Shown piece by piece: positions 39,105 to 52,200 of a stretch of 60,977 nt of DNA. The stretch comes from Hydrolagus affinis (lineage: Eukaryota). The stretch spans positions 1-60,977 of the forward strand of contig JAAILG010001852.1 in assembly GCA_012026655.1 (NCBI GenBank), read 5' to 3'. The notes below the pieces were generated by a model. That model worked only from the letters and a program-made list of their open reading frames with translations, was not told the DNA's origin and did no database searches. The translations under genes were made by a program, and so were the position numbers. Each line of letters begins with the position of its first letter. Positions within the stretch are counted from its first letter, which is position 1.

Positions 39105-40607
39105 TTTATTTTGCCATCCGTGACTGACCAAGCACATTTAAAATGTTTTCTTTATTAAAAAGACTGCCATGTGACTGGGTCTTTAATAACACTGAGCCTA
39201 AGCAATGCAATGTAAAGTAGGAACCATAAATTGTTTGCCTACACTGGCAGTGATAAACTCTCACTTCCAGCAGTTCAAGGAAAGCATAAGAATCAATCAT
39301 GCTACCACAAAAATGAGCAAGTATGGAAAGTATTTAGCTAAAGAAGCTTGCTAATATTGAGCTCTGGTACAATAGTTTCAAATCAGCTCAAGGTAGATTT
39401 AAGATGTGCAAAGACCTACACCAGCTGTTCAATATACAATCATTGAGTTTTTTTAGAAGACATTTTAAAAGTTTCGTTTATGTCCATAATTGGGTGAGAG
39501 CAGTTATCATGTACCCCATGTCTTCTGTTAATAAACATAGAGTGACCTTGCAACAATTAGAGGCAATTCGCAAAGTGTCATAGAACGACTTATGTGGATT
39601 AATAAAGTAAAAGTTTTAAAAAAACTTCCATTTGCCCTAAAGACAAAAAGCTTCTGATACATGACTCTGTCTAATCATTAAAGTAGGCAAATAGAAACCC
39701 AGGTGGCTCGATGGTTGTTTTCTTTGATAAAAATAAATGACCAGTAGTTCAATTTTTCTTTTTATCCGGTTTTGAATTAAGTGCTTTCCTTGGCCTTTCC
39801 AGGGTTTCTGTATATGTCAGTGAAACTTGTTTAAAACTCTGTTTGATGTCAGCTTTGATCCATGCTTATTTAAAATCCATTTCCTGTAGCTGTCCGCACT
39901 CTTAGAAACACAAATTATTCCCTAATGAAGTCTGTTTCTGGTTTTAGATGAAGATAAACTCGGTTTCAGTTTAACACACAGTTGATGAAAACTGCAAGAC
40001 ACATGAAGTATAGTTGATCTTTGGGTGAAGAACATTTCAGTATGAATGGAGTCGCTTGTGCACTGTGTCTGTATTTACTAACATTATTTATGCTGTCGGA
40101 TTCCAGAGCTTCCTCCTCTTTCGCTGCTCAATGTTTGCCCACAAAAACACACCGTAACTCCACTTTATAGTGTGTCCTTTGAAACACTTTGAGATTGCTA
40201 ATTGTTAGGATTATTATTATAAGGTGACAAAATAGCAGTGTAGAGGTTTGGAAGAAGTTCATCTGCCTGTGTCTTGATGGGAATGATGTCAGGCACACAA
40301 GGAGGACTACGGCAGGGTAGAGAAGAATATTAATACAATTACCCAACATCCCGTCTGCAGTTTGCAGTTTCACTTTAACTTTTATATGAAGAGATGTATC
40401 TTCACTTCCGTAGTCCATCTCCATATGTAGTTTTAGTGATCAAGTCACTTCTCAAAGAGGAAAAGGTACTCGGTACCCTTTGTAGCTACTTGATTGGGTG
40501 CATTCTCTAAGGGCTTGTATCATACTTTTCTAAAAGTGTACTGATTTTTTTAATAGTTTTTTTATGAAATGATATCAGTAGACATCCAGTACAGTGATAT
40601 TGTTTTA

Positions 40608-40992
40608 AAATCCTTGTATTTGATGTCTATATATTTCACACATAGAGGATTTCTCAAAGTGCTTCACATATTTACTATAAAGTGTAATTACTGTATATTT
40701 TTGGAGGTAAAAATGATAGCACTGTCCCAGTCATGAAGTGAATGTCCAGTTTTATCTGAGGGATTATAGGCTGAGACATTGGAAGAAACGCCTTTCTCTT
40801 TTCCAAATGTGTAATCGACATCTTTAACATCTAAAGCGGACCTTGGTTTAACACTCATGCAAATACAGCGCCTGCAACAATGCAGCTCACACCTAGCACC
40901 GCACATTAATGTCAACCTAGACTTTATGCTCCAAATTCCCAGTTGAGCCCACAACCTTCTGATTCAGAGGCAAGAGTGACCAACTGAACCAG
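40608..40992 (-). mobile_element. Older DeuSINE (SacSINE1-like)
   Basis: SINE tail, ccttggtttaacactcat Deu remnant, and ttgagcccacaaccttctgattcagaggcaagagtg tRNA-like head. Confidence 0.7.
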
Positions 40993-42692
40993 TGAACACC
41001 CACTGATCATATAATTCCTGTGAATGTAGTGCATAAGCTCACAAAGCAAGCTCAATAAATTTACCAGCTAGCAGACATAAGACATGATCTCCCCACCAAT
41101 GTCAGTAACTAGTTTTACCAATGATCTGATAATTGCTTCTTGGGGCTCAGTGAAAGCATGATTCTTCTCAGCTATGCCATCTGGCCTGGTAGAAATGGAT
41201 CCAAGCTTTGGATCCAGACTCTAGCGTGTGGTAAACGTTGTACACAGCTGTATTTTCCTCACCCCCTCTCGGCAACTGTCTGTAGCCCTGCAGGTTTTGA
41301 TTTCACAACTGTTCCTTTAAGCGCTGCTTCTTTGTTGGTCTAAATAAGGGTACAAAGCTGCGCACAAAATACTCTTGAAAGAAAGGCATTGTAATAGCTT
41401 CACATCACACTCTGTTCTCAGTAGGGTCTTGATGGCTAGTTTGGTACGAGATCTGGAGTCTTGTAGATCCAATAGTAGTTCAAAGGCTGAACCCAGCAGG
41501 AGGTGGTGGTAATAAGCCCAGGCCAAGTAGGATCATTGATCTCGGTTTTTAGCTCATTATATGGTTCATTTATGAGGAACAGATCCGAATAAAACATGAT
41601 GAAGTAGGCAATCAGATTAATAGTTAGTAAAAAACTTGCCCAACTTTTCACTTTCTTTCAATGAAAAAACTAAATCTAGACCCAGGTATAATTTCTTCCC
41701 CAGTTTTACAGGCTAAGACTAGGAGGATTTTCAGGTCTCTGTTTAGGAAAGCCCTGGCAGACAGAGTACACTACTGGCAAGAATAACTCCTCCACCCAGC
41801 TCTAATGGGTTGGTTAAATTTAGTGTCAGAAATGTGTATATTTATGTAAAGACCTGTATTTAATTTGTCTCAAGAGTGTGCTGTGGTGTTTAAATCATGA
41901 AAGCGGCTACCCACAAATGTCTTTGCCCACAAATATACAATCTCCATACTTCACAATAAAATCCTGTAAAGCGCTTTGAAATGTTTCGACGATGTGATGT
42001 GATAAAGCGCAGTAACAAATGCAAGCAAGCTGAGCACGTGCTGAAGGAAGTTTTATACAATTACAAATAGATAATTACTACTCTACTCAACTCATATGAC
42101 CACAAGGTGAAAACGGAGGGAAGATTTCAAGTAGAATCATCAGGCCTTTCCTCCTGCCCCCACCCTCGATCCAGGGAGTTTCACTTCTGAATCGTGGACT
42201 GTCAATGCCAGTTAGTGGGACACCAGCATTTTTGTAAACAAACCCCAGAAGTTGGCATCCGCTAATCATCAGTCAAAAGCCTATTGAAATCTTGTGCGCC
42301 TGACTTCTCCAAATTCACCTTTGAGGCTGGGCTTGTTGTCTGCTTCTGGCCTATTGGATAGGAAAGGTAAAACATTTGGATCCCGTCTGATTTTCCCCTC
42401 ACCTAATCTAAACGATCCCAAATCCAATTAATAAATCCTATTGCAGCACCTCAGTCGCTTCCTGTCTTAGATCAGCCAAATGAACGCAGTTATTCAAACC
42501 TTCAATTTTTCATTGTTGAGTTTCTGCTCCATGTGACTGGAGAATTATAAATATTCTTCTCCTTAGTGGTTACAATCAGCATTGATAATAATAATGTGTG
42601 GACATCTGATTTCAACAGGCAGGTGAAAACAGCTGTGATACACCCTGCAGTCAAATTATCTCAAACAAAAGGATAATGAAAATAATAAAACT

Positions 42693-43072
42693 AATAATCC
42701 TTGCATTTTATATTGCGCTTTTCACATTTTCTAGACAACACAACAACAACAAATTACATTTATAGAGCACCTTTCACGTCGGGAGGACGTCCCAAGGCGC
42801 TGTAGACGTCTCAAAGCGCTTCACAGATTATACTGTAAAGTGAATTGACTGTATATTTGTGGGCGAAACACGGCAGCCATTTTGCACACAGCAGTATCCC
42901 ACAAACAGTCGTGAATTATATGACCAAATTATTATTGTTTTTTTTGGAGGGATTATTATTAGGCGTGAGAAGTAAGGAAGCTTGCCCAAGATTTTGTCCT
43001 GCCAGGAATTGAACCTGGGTCTCTCACTTGTAAGGCAGGTCCTCTAACCAATGAGCTACAAGACACCACACA
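42693..43072 (-). mobile_element. Full-length SINE with a nested 66-bp L2 hairpin-only insertion (42737-42802)
   Basis: SINE hairpin split at TAGAC, which is duplicated at 42732-42736 and 42803-42807. Confidence 0.88.
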
Positions 43073-43100
43073 CTCCACACGCAATATATCAACAGTTATC

Positions 43101-43745
43101 AACAACTTACTCTTATATAGTGACCTCCACACAGGGTAGCACCTCAGCGTGCTTAACAGTAGCGGAGTCTGATGTTGGGGTAAAGGGTGTGAGGAACAAG
43201 CAGGTGGCTGGTGACAGTCGAGGTTGAGTGCCGGATGGTGGATTGTTGAGTGAGAGGTTGGAGAGGTAAGGAGATGCCAGCGAATGAAGGGATTTGAACA
43301 TGAGTGTGAGGATCTTGAAGTCAATCCGTTCAGTGTTGGTGAGCCAGTGGAGCCTGGCCAGAACTGTGGGTATGGAGTTTGGTAAGTATGCGGGCAGCAC
43401 ACTTTTGAATTGGATGGATCTTTTGAATAGTGGAGCAGGGGAGACCGGTGAGTAATCTAGGTGGGAGGTGACAAACACATGCACAAGGGTTTCAGCTGCA
43501 TTTGGGGTATGTTATAGTCAGAGGCAGGCAGTGTGGTGGAGGTGGAAGAAGGTACTCCTCATTAGGGACCGGATGTAGGAGATGAAGGACAGCTGGGGTC
43601 AAACTGGACACTTAAATTGCTCACTGATTTATTGAGTGTGAGGGCCAAGCCAGGGAGGTTGAGAAGTTCAGACCTGCAGGAGTGAAGACGTTGATGGGAG
43701 CCAAGCTTCTGTTTTGTCCACATTCAGCTGCTGGAAGTTTGCACT
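43101..43745 (-). mobile_element. L2 LINE ORF2 and 3' fragment
   Basis: Minus-strand HVFVTSHLDYS…PTVLARLHWLTNTERIDFKILTLMFKSLHSLASPYLSNL. Confidence 0.88.
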
Positions 43746-44100
43746 CGAGGCCTCATGTACGCCAGTCAATCCAATATCACTGTTCTTGGAGGAGAGAGCA
43801 TCACCCCAGAGCCCACAGATAACTATTTACAAATTTTCACTGCAATTTTTGGTTAACTTGATATGTTCCCAGAATAGAATATTTATACATAAACTAGTGT
43901 TATCAGAAAACTAGGCAGATTTGGAATAGGATCATGGATACTTGGGAGTGATAGCCAAGCTTGGATTGGATGTGTGAGACCTATAGGACTCTAATGAAAC
44001 CTTTTTACAAACAGTACTGCACATACAACAATAAATCCTTGCATTTGATGTAGCACTTATCACATCTATAAAACATCTCAAAGCACTAGTACAAGTATAC

Positions 44101-44231
44101 AAAACACAAAATACTACAGATGCTGGAAATCTGAAGCAAAAACAGAAGTTGCTGGGAAAACTCAGCAGGTCAGCAGCATCCATGGAGAAAGGAAAGTGAG
44201 TCAACATTTTGGAACCATGCCCCTTCGTCAG
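44101..44231 (-). mobile_element. Short Penelope-like unit with degenerate hammerhead-like core
   Basis: 13-bp direct repeat AGTACAAGTATAC (44088-44100 / 44232-44244). Minus strand begins CTGACGA-AGGGGCATGGTTCC-AAAATGTT. Confidence 0.75.
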
Positions 44232-46469
44232 AGTACAAGTATACTACAGGTTTTTCTGGTCAACCGTGTATCTGATACATGCGGAATCACATCACCATAT
44301 TTAAAGAGTATTCAAACCAAACTGAGATTTCTATGCATCTCACATACAAATGGAAATATCTCAGGTTAAGGCTCTAACTATAATGTGCTTCTTGAAAGTT
44401 TGGATGGGGGTGGGGAAGAGAAGAGAGAAGAATCCTATATCTAATTAAAGTGACTGGCCCCCAGATGGGGAGTGACATCTCATCCATGTTTCTGAGGGTA
44501 GATGTGGAAACATGATCCAGCCGAGGTCAGATCAAACCCTGAGCTCAGATTACAGCTTTGGGTTTCAGGATAAACAAGCTATGAATTGTTTGAAGACAGA
44601 AGGTTTCCTTCAAGAAAATAAGCCTGTAGCATTGCATTGCAATGTTTCACGGATTGACTAATTACATGAATAAAGACTAACTTGAGTGAGTCTGAAATCC
44701 GAGCTTTCTCTTCGGAATCATTAAATATCTTGATCAAAACTAGCAGGCTTTTTCACCATTTATTTTCTCCATTAAAGGTTCAATGAGAACCTATGTGTGT
44801 CAACAAAGGAAGAAATTAATGAGTTTCTACTGACACCGCAGAAAACATTTTCCTTTCCTGGATTGAAGAATCCTGATGTGAAATGTGATCCCTAGTTTTA
44901 TTTGCCTGAAAGGTCATTTTGTCTGGTCATACAGAAGTGTGGAACATAGTTTAATTCTGTCTTAATATTAATGCTGGTTTTACACATTTCTTTACAAAAA
45001 CAAAACTTGCGTTTACATAGCGCCCTTCAGGCAGTCTTGGATTGCAGAAATAACAAGCACTTCTAAATTAAGAGTGAATTTAGAAAATGTCCACAATTTC
45101 TGACAATCTTACCTATGAAAACAACGCAGCCTTGTAGCCTTAGAACAAGTAGAATTTCAGACCTCTTAGAGGCCATAACGGAGTCTTACTATGGGTTTTT
45201 CTTTCAGTTTGACCAACAAGACTAAAGAACACACATAGTTCCATGCTTGAAGTCAACATTGTTTAGTTACAGCCAACTTCCATCAATGTAGATCATCAAT
45301 TCAGACAATATTGGAACTCAGACATCATATTACATTCATACATATTACTTTCAACCGTAGGCCATGGGGAAGGTACTATAAATAATATGATGCTTTGTAA
45401 AAAAAACAAAATTACTAAAAATATGTCAAAAAGTTTTCCCAAGTACTAATGAATAACAAAGCATATAGTCTTACAGTAATCTAGACTGACTGACCTAAAG
45501 GCTACAACTGACATTCCTCCATTATAAGTATAACCTATTGCACTCCACTCCTTATTGGTAAGTATGGGTTTTGTGTATAAATACTGAAAACAGACTGCTA
45601 TTGATGGGACAATAATGTTGTTTATTGACTTTAAAAAGTGCTTTATCAGATCCCCTCGCGAAATATGTAAGAGTGTGACATTGCAGATTTTAAACTTTGT
45701 TCAATGGGGTAAAAGTGTCTTTTCTAGAATGTATGTTGTGTTTTGGACAGATTATGAGCAGCACAGTATAAAGTCAGCATTCAGATAAAAAGAGAATATA
45801 TTGCACAACAGTATTGAATGCTGGATTTCTGTTTCATGTATCTTGAAAGTATGGAGTAGCATCTTTCTAGATGCTTTGACCTAGCCTGTGTATCTCTGTT
45901 GTGTATTATTTGTCATTTGTGTCTCAGTCACTTTGACTCCATCTTTATGAAGTGCTCCAAATACACAGTCACTACACTTCTTAATAATCCTGTGAAGTGC
46001 TTTGAAACCTCCTCTGGTGTGAAAGGCTTTATATCAAATGTAAGTATTATTATTGTGTAAATGTAGGTTTTTGTTATGTCTACAAACTGCTAATTATATG
46101 CTGAGCTATCTTTTATTTCGATTTAGGCTGCGATTTGATTTTTTTCATACACGGTTTGGTACCAGCTGTATGATCATAATTTTGTATGACTTAGCCAGCA
46201 AATATAGTCAGCACCTACTAGCATTTTAGTTGTAAATTGTAAAGTTAGAAAAGCAAAACAATATAAGCATAGTTTTCATTTATACCATTCTTATACAGTA
46301 CCCGTTTTAAAGATTTCGAAACATTTTTAATGTAAAGAGAATGGAGTTTCTCCCTATGTCGAAGCCAACAATCACCTCATGGCTGTTTGTGGGACCTTAG
46401 TGGCACAAATAACTGCCAAGTTTACCTACCAATATAGCCAGACTATCACTAAGCTTGACAGTAATTACA

Positions 46470-46640
46470 TACAAAATGATCTAAAGTGTAGATCCTGTGT
46501 ATTTGGTAAGCAAATGCAACAACAACAAAATTATACTTTTATAGAGTCTTTCACGTCAGGAGGATGTCCCAAGGCGCTGAAAATGCAGCAGCCAATTTGC
46601 ACACAGGAATGTCCCACAAACTGCCAGGAAGTGAATTGTT
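46470..46640 (-). mobile_element. Degraded SINE with a nested L2 hairpin-only insertion (46519-46580)
   Basis: AAATGCA duplicated at 46512-46518 and 46581-46587 around acaacaac…cccaaggcgctga. Confidence 0.75.
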
Positions 46641-48989
46641 AAAACTGACACAAACAGTTTGGAAACTATTCATTCAACACTACAAGGTGTCTGGTTTGTA
46701 CTTTTCATAGAATCCAAAAATTTCAGCATAAAAGGAAATCATTTGGCTCATCATGCCTTTTCTTCAGGATATTCTGTTTAAAAGTTGGGTTGTAAATGTC
46801 TATCTTTGTTTGAGATGATCCTGGCTGCGCTTTGAAATATCATTAACATGATTTAAGGGTGATACAGAGGAATGAATCACCCACATGTTTTACCAATAAT
46901 AAAATAAAAGGATACAACACTTTCTAGATGTGTAGTAAATTTAATCTGTTGGACAAACTAGAAATTGGTAACTTGTCATATCGTTGTACTGCTTGTACTA
47001 AATGTCCTATTGATTGAAATTTCTTAAATTAACCGTTACCTTTAACCTATAGCAGTCAGAAGACATATCACTTCATATGCAGAGCTCTACAGTCTCACAA
47101 CTATCGGTGCAGTCGACAGGGCCATATATTCTCACAGCATTCTGTGCACTAGACAACGCAGCACAGTCTCAAAATCCTCTGCACATTGGACAGTGTATTA
47201 TTAGACATTCTCCAAACCTTTTGTGTGAAAATGAAGAGTGAATTCAGCTAAAAGTCACATTTTTGGTAATGTGGCCTAAGTATCTAAATCATTGCTGCTG
47301 ATATGAATATGTACCCTGAACAGTGTTCATAATCCATGCTGACCATCAGCGCTGTGGTATTAATAGCTGGCAACCTGTGTGCAAGGAAGTGATTTGGTGT
47401 ACCGCTAAGTGTTTATTTATGAGGATGTGATTCTTACATGTTTTTCTTCAGAAAATTTGTGTGTTTTCCACTACTGACAATAAGCTGCTCTACCAGGCGT
47501 CTATGTTTATGCAACCAAACAGCATTTGAAGTGTGTAATGTAGGCCAAAGGGAGTATTGGTTTGCAGAAAAGTGCAAAACTGAGTGCTGTATTTCAGTGG
47601 AGAAAAATCCTGATTTGTTTAAATCAGGATTTATTGTACATTTAGCTGCTCGTACACTTTGTGTGTTGTAGTCTCAGATGTTAACATTAGAATAATCTTT
47701 CAACATTTTAACCGTTTAAAACGAAAGCAAGTTGTTCCAACTCTGCAGCTTGAACATGACAAGCTCCTACATCTGACATTCAGTGTTTTTTTAAAAAAAC
47801 ATCATAACATTAGTTTTTCCCGAAGAAACTACCAATATCCTTGGGACTGTTATTTGCACTGCAAATTACAAGGAAACCAATGTCAAGAGAAAGGGGATGT
47901 TATGTAGATCCTTTGGAATAAAGAATATAACTTGGTCACAAATGTACACAAATTCCTTTTACAACAAAGGTCATTTTCTTTTCACATTTTTCAAACGTCA
48001 CAGATCACCAGATGCTCTCTGCTTTATTGATGTGTTTAATTGGAGCTGGACATAAACCTGTCCCAAATGTTTGTAGGATTAACTCGTAATCTTTATTCTC
48101 CAGATAAAGCAAATTAAGCCTTGGGACTTTGCAGATACTGGGTTACAATTGTACAGTGCCTGTGATGTTAGGAATAGTAGTAGAAATGCATTTTGTTTGG
48201 AGTGATCAAAGTGTTTTTCTGCTCTTCCTAACTATTGCCTTGAATCAAACCTTCTTCTTCCCCACCTCTTCTCTTCCCCTCACCCCCCAAAGCATCTGAT
48301 TTGGTTACCATGCTTCTCTGATGTTGGGATAAGTTATTCAAGTCACCATGCCTGCCTGTCAATTGGTTTTACACAGTATTGCAGTTTTCAGTGGTTTCCC
48401 TAACTTGCATGTACAGCACATTTTTCACTATCATTATTCAATACACTGTATGTGTAACAGTTTTGCCATTTGAACATCAACCATTGGATTGGTTTCAGGT
48501 CAAATCCCCTTTCATTCAAACATATGCATAGACAGTGATTTTTTATTGCTGTTTATCACCTGCAGAATTCCAAACATTGCATAAGAACAATCAGTTTTGC
48601 ATGTTCTAGTTTCTTGAAGAGTCTCCCAATACTGCAGAGCTGCTGGTGATAGGAAGGTTTAACGCAAATGCATTTCAAAAGGATGCGGTGGCTTTAGAAA
48701 GGGGCTTATTTGTTCAGAAAGGAAATGTTACAAGGATCGAGAAACTTGGAGAGTTGGGGGAGAATTGCCAATAAGTACCTTAGGGAATTTGGTAGCCTCA
48801 TGCAGGGATGGAGATGAGTGTGGATTTAATAGGATTTGTCACAAGGTGCTTAAATATGGCCAATTTAGCAATTCCAGCATTTTTTTTAAAAGCCAACTTT
48901 ATCAACCAATGTAATACCTCACCCCCCTTCACCTCCTTACTCTCAGCCCAGCTGTCATTTGGCTGAATTGCTGCCAAGTAGAAGCGGGC

Positions 48990-49245
48990 ATTATTTATGA
49001 GTGAGCTTTGAGAGTGAATGTTGGCAGATGTTTCCGTTGCGGTCAAGCCTAATGAGGTCCTTAATCCCTCATTCAGGATCTACACATGTACATCTCCATA
49101 TATTGGTTGCTGGATAGCAATTAGAAGCAGAGAATCTCATGCCAACCCTGCGATCAGTTAACTCAACGCAGACTGAGTTTAAGCTTGTCATGTTACTGTA
49201 TGGCTCAGCCACTCACTGAGAAAACTGGCCAAACCACGAGAGATT
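48990..49245 (-). mobile_element. Old tRNA-derived SINE (15540 family)
   Basis: agtgaatgttggcag…ctggatagcaattagaagcag…atcagttaactcaacgcagac…tgtatggctcag blocks. Confidence 0.5.
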
Positions 49246-52200
49246 GATATTTTTTATTGCTTCACTGTTATTTGATTATTTGAAGACGGCACCAAGAGAG
49301 GTCTGGTGTTAAATTTTAAGACAATAGTCCTAAAGGCAAAGGTCCTGAGAAACTTTGTGCCTTGGCCTTCATAGACTGAATCTTTTTCCATGAGCTGGGA
49401 TTGGAGGAAGGGAAGAAAAGTAACCAGAAACTTTGTAAAAAAGATAGGCCAACAACAACAACAAATATTTATATAGGGCCCTTCACAGAGAGTAGCGTCA
49501 CAGATACCATAAGATAAAGCGCACTTTGATGGGATGGGATGGGGGTGGGGGTGGGGGAGGGAAGGGAGGATGGGCGAGAGGAGGTGAAGGAATGAAGTTC
49601 CAGAGAATGAGGAGGCAGAATGCATGAAACAAATGAGTCTCATGTTAGTAATCTTGATTTAAGGCATTTTATTAAAGAAAATGCAAGATAATTACTCTGT
49701 CGATCAGCAGACCTTTTATCTATTAATCAGATAACAAACAGACGTTTGATATCTGAAACGTATTCCAACGATATCCATTCAACAGGAGTTTGTAATACCC
49801 TGCACCCCCCTCCCACCTAAGACTAACAGACACAAGCTCAATAAGATAGTGCTGAAATTAAATGGATTATAAAGAAGTAGCCTGTGAGCAAAGGCATAGG
49901 TGTTATCAGAGCTTACTTTCATCCCCGTGGCCATTTGTAGAATAAGGTACCATTTGTAGAACAGACAATAAGATTTTCAGGAAAAGTTCAATTTTAAATT
50001 TGTTGTTAATCTGCTGTGAATTGATGTGCAATTCAGTTGACCTGTTTACATGACTTGGAAAATATTTCCTGTAGCACTGGACAGGGAGTGGGGAGGGAGG
50101 AATGTTTTGAAGGACAACATTTTCTGACTCGACTACATCTGGAGTCTGTAAACTAGCCACAGAATACATTAATTCACGAGAACCAAACAAACCGACCCAA
50201 GAACAAAACAGACTTAGTGTTTATTTCCACTTTATATGAGACTAGTTTATGTCTTGTTCCAGTGCCTTGTGACTTATGCAACACAAGTGTAATTTTGTTG
50301 TTGTTGTTCATGTGGTATGCGTCATCTCTGAAAAATAAATGGGAAAAGGGCCAATTCAATCCTTGGTGTTTCTGTATCTTTTATGAACTGGTTCTACCCA
50401 CACTATGCTAACAGAAAGAAGGGATTTACCAACAAGTGATGCAAAATTTCAAATCTTAACACTTGGAGAGGGCCTTTCCTTTCTACCTCCCTGATTTTGA
50501 ATGCTGCATCGTAATTGAACGGTTGGAATGTTTAAGTTACACTTAGGAAACCTGATATGAAAAATATGAGGTGACTGTTGGTAAACAGCAGGACAGTAAC
50601 CCAGCCAAGTGGGTCAGATAGTCTGGGAGTAAGGCCGTGTGAATCCATGAGACCTTCATTCTTTCTCCTCCTCCTCTACTGTTCCCCTGGGGAGATGCTT
50701 GGCTTTGCTCAGAAATTCCTTATGACACAATTGTAGCTGAGATCAGCAACTCACTGGTATAGGTCCATATCCTAGCACACGTTCCCAAAGCAAGCTGAGG
50801 CTAAAACAGCAACATCGCCTAAATAACAGGGTACAGAGATTTTTGTTGATAGACCCTGATTTCTTTCCCAGCATTTTTTACAACCACAGCAAATTACATT
50901 TATTACAGTCTTTCACATAAAAGGAAAGTCTTGAAGCACATCACAGAATGAGATTAATTTAAAATGAAGCAAGTGTTCTGTAGGCAAACATGGCAGCTAA
51001 CGTCCTCCAGCAGCATCCTATAAATATCAATGGGATGAGTCGCCAATTCATTTGAATTTGGGTTAATGAGGAGGAAATATAAATCCGGATAATCAGGAGA
51101 AAAACACCATATGGGATGTTGGTAGTTCACTAACATCTATTTAAATAACACGACAGACGTAATGACTTGCAAAAGTTTTTTTTTCTAAATTTAATGACTC
51201 CAATGACAGATGCAGAAATCCATCACCATTATTACGAGTATCCAAATCAAACTGAGAATTCCTTGCATTCCATCTACACTTGGAAATTCAGGGGATTCAT
51301 TGTTACAATGGATACTCCATTAAAAAAGATACAGTGGAGTCAAACAAAGTAGAGCCTTCCATTGTATAACATCTATTGACTAATATATTTCATGATATCG
51401 GATTAGTCTTAAAGCAGAGACAATCAGAGGCATGAATTAATATGGTGAAAGGACAGGAAAATGGTGCAGTGCACAAACTGGCTGCCACATTCACCCACAA
51501 AACATATAGTGTACAGTATATGCTACGAAATATGTTGAATCACACAACTCTCCTTATGTGAAAGGCACTATATTAAATGCAAGGATTATTATTAGGCTGT
51601 AGATTAGCCATTTTAATGAAATAGTGGAGCAGTTTCAATAGGCTGAGTTGGCTCCATCTGTTCCTATTGTTATACAGTATTGTTGTACTCTATGTTTTCC
51701 ATTCCCCCATACTTAGCAAATGAAGAAATTCAGTCAATAGTGGTGTACACTTTAGAAAGTTCTCTCTTTCTCCACTGAAATACAGCACTCAGTTTCATCA
51801 ATGTGTATGTATGTGTGATACTAGCAAAAACATCCTACCATAAGCTAGTAAGTATGGTTCAAAATGCCTGCCATTCCAAACACACGGGTTAACTAGGTGG
51901 TCAAAGCTCTTCAGGGTGGCCTTGGGTATCCACACTGAGAACACTCAGACCATGAAAGTTTTCTGATGGATGATCCATAGCAAATCCATTACAATTCTTG
52001 ACTGCTGTGCAAGAAATGCAAACTCAGCTTGGTGCGACAGGGAATGTAGGTTTTACCAGGGTAAGTGTCCTTGGAACGATAAATTCTCTCCTTGGAACGA
52101 TAAATTCTCAGGCTTCTATACAAATCAGCAACTTCACTTGTTTGATCCTACATGTTCTACATGGGAATGTATCTGTTGTACGCGGTTACACTGCCATGTA

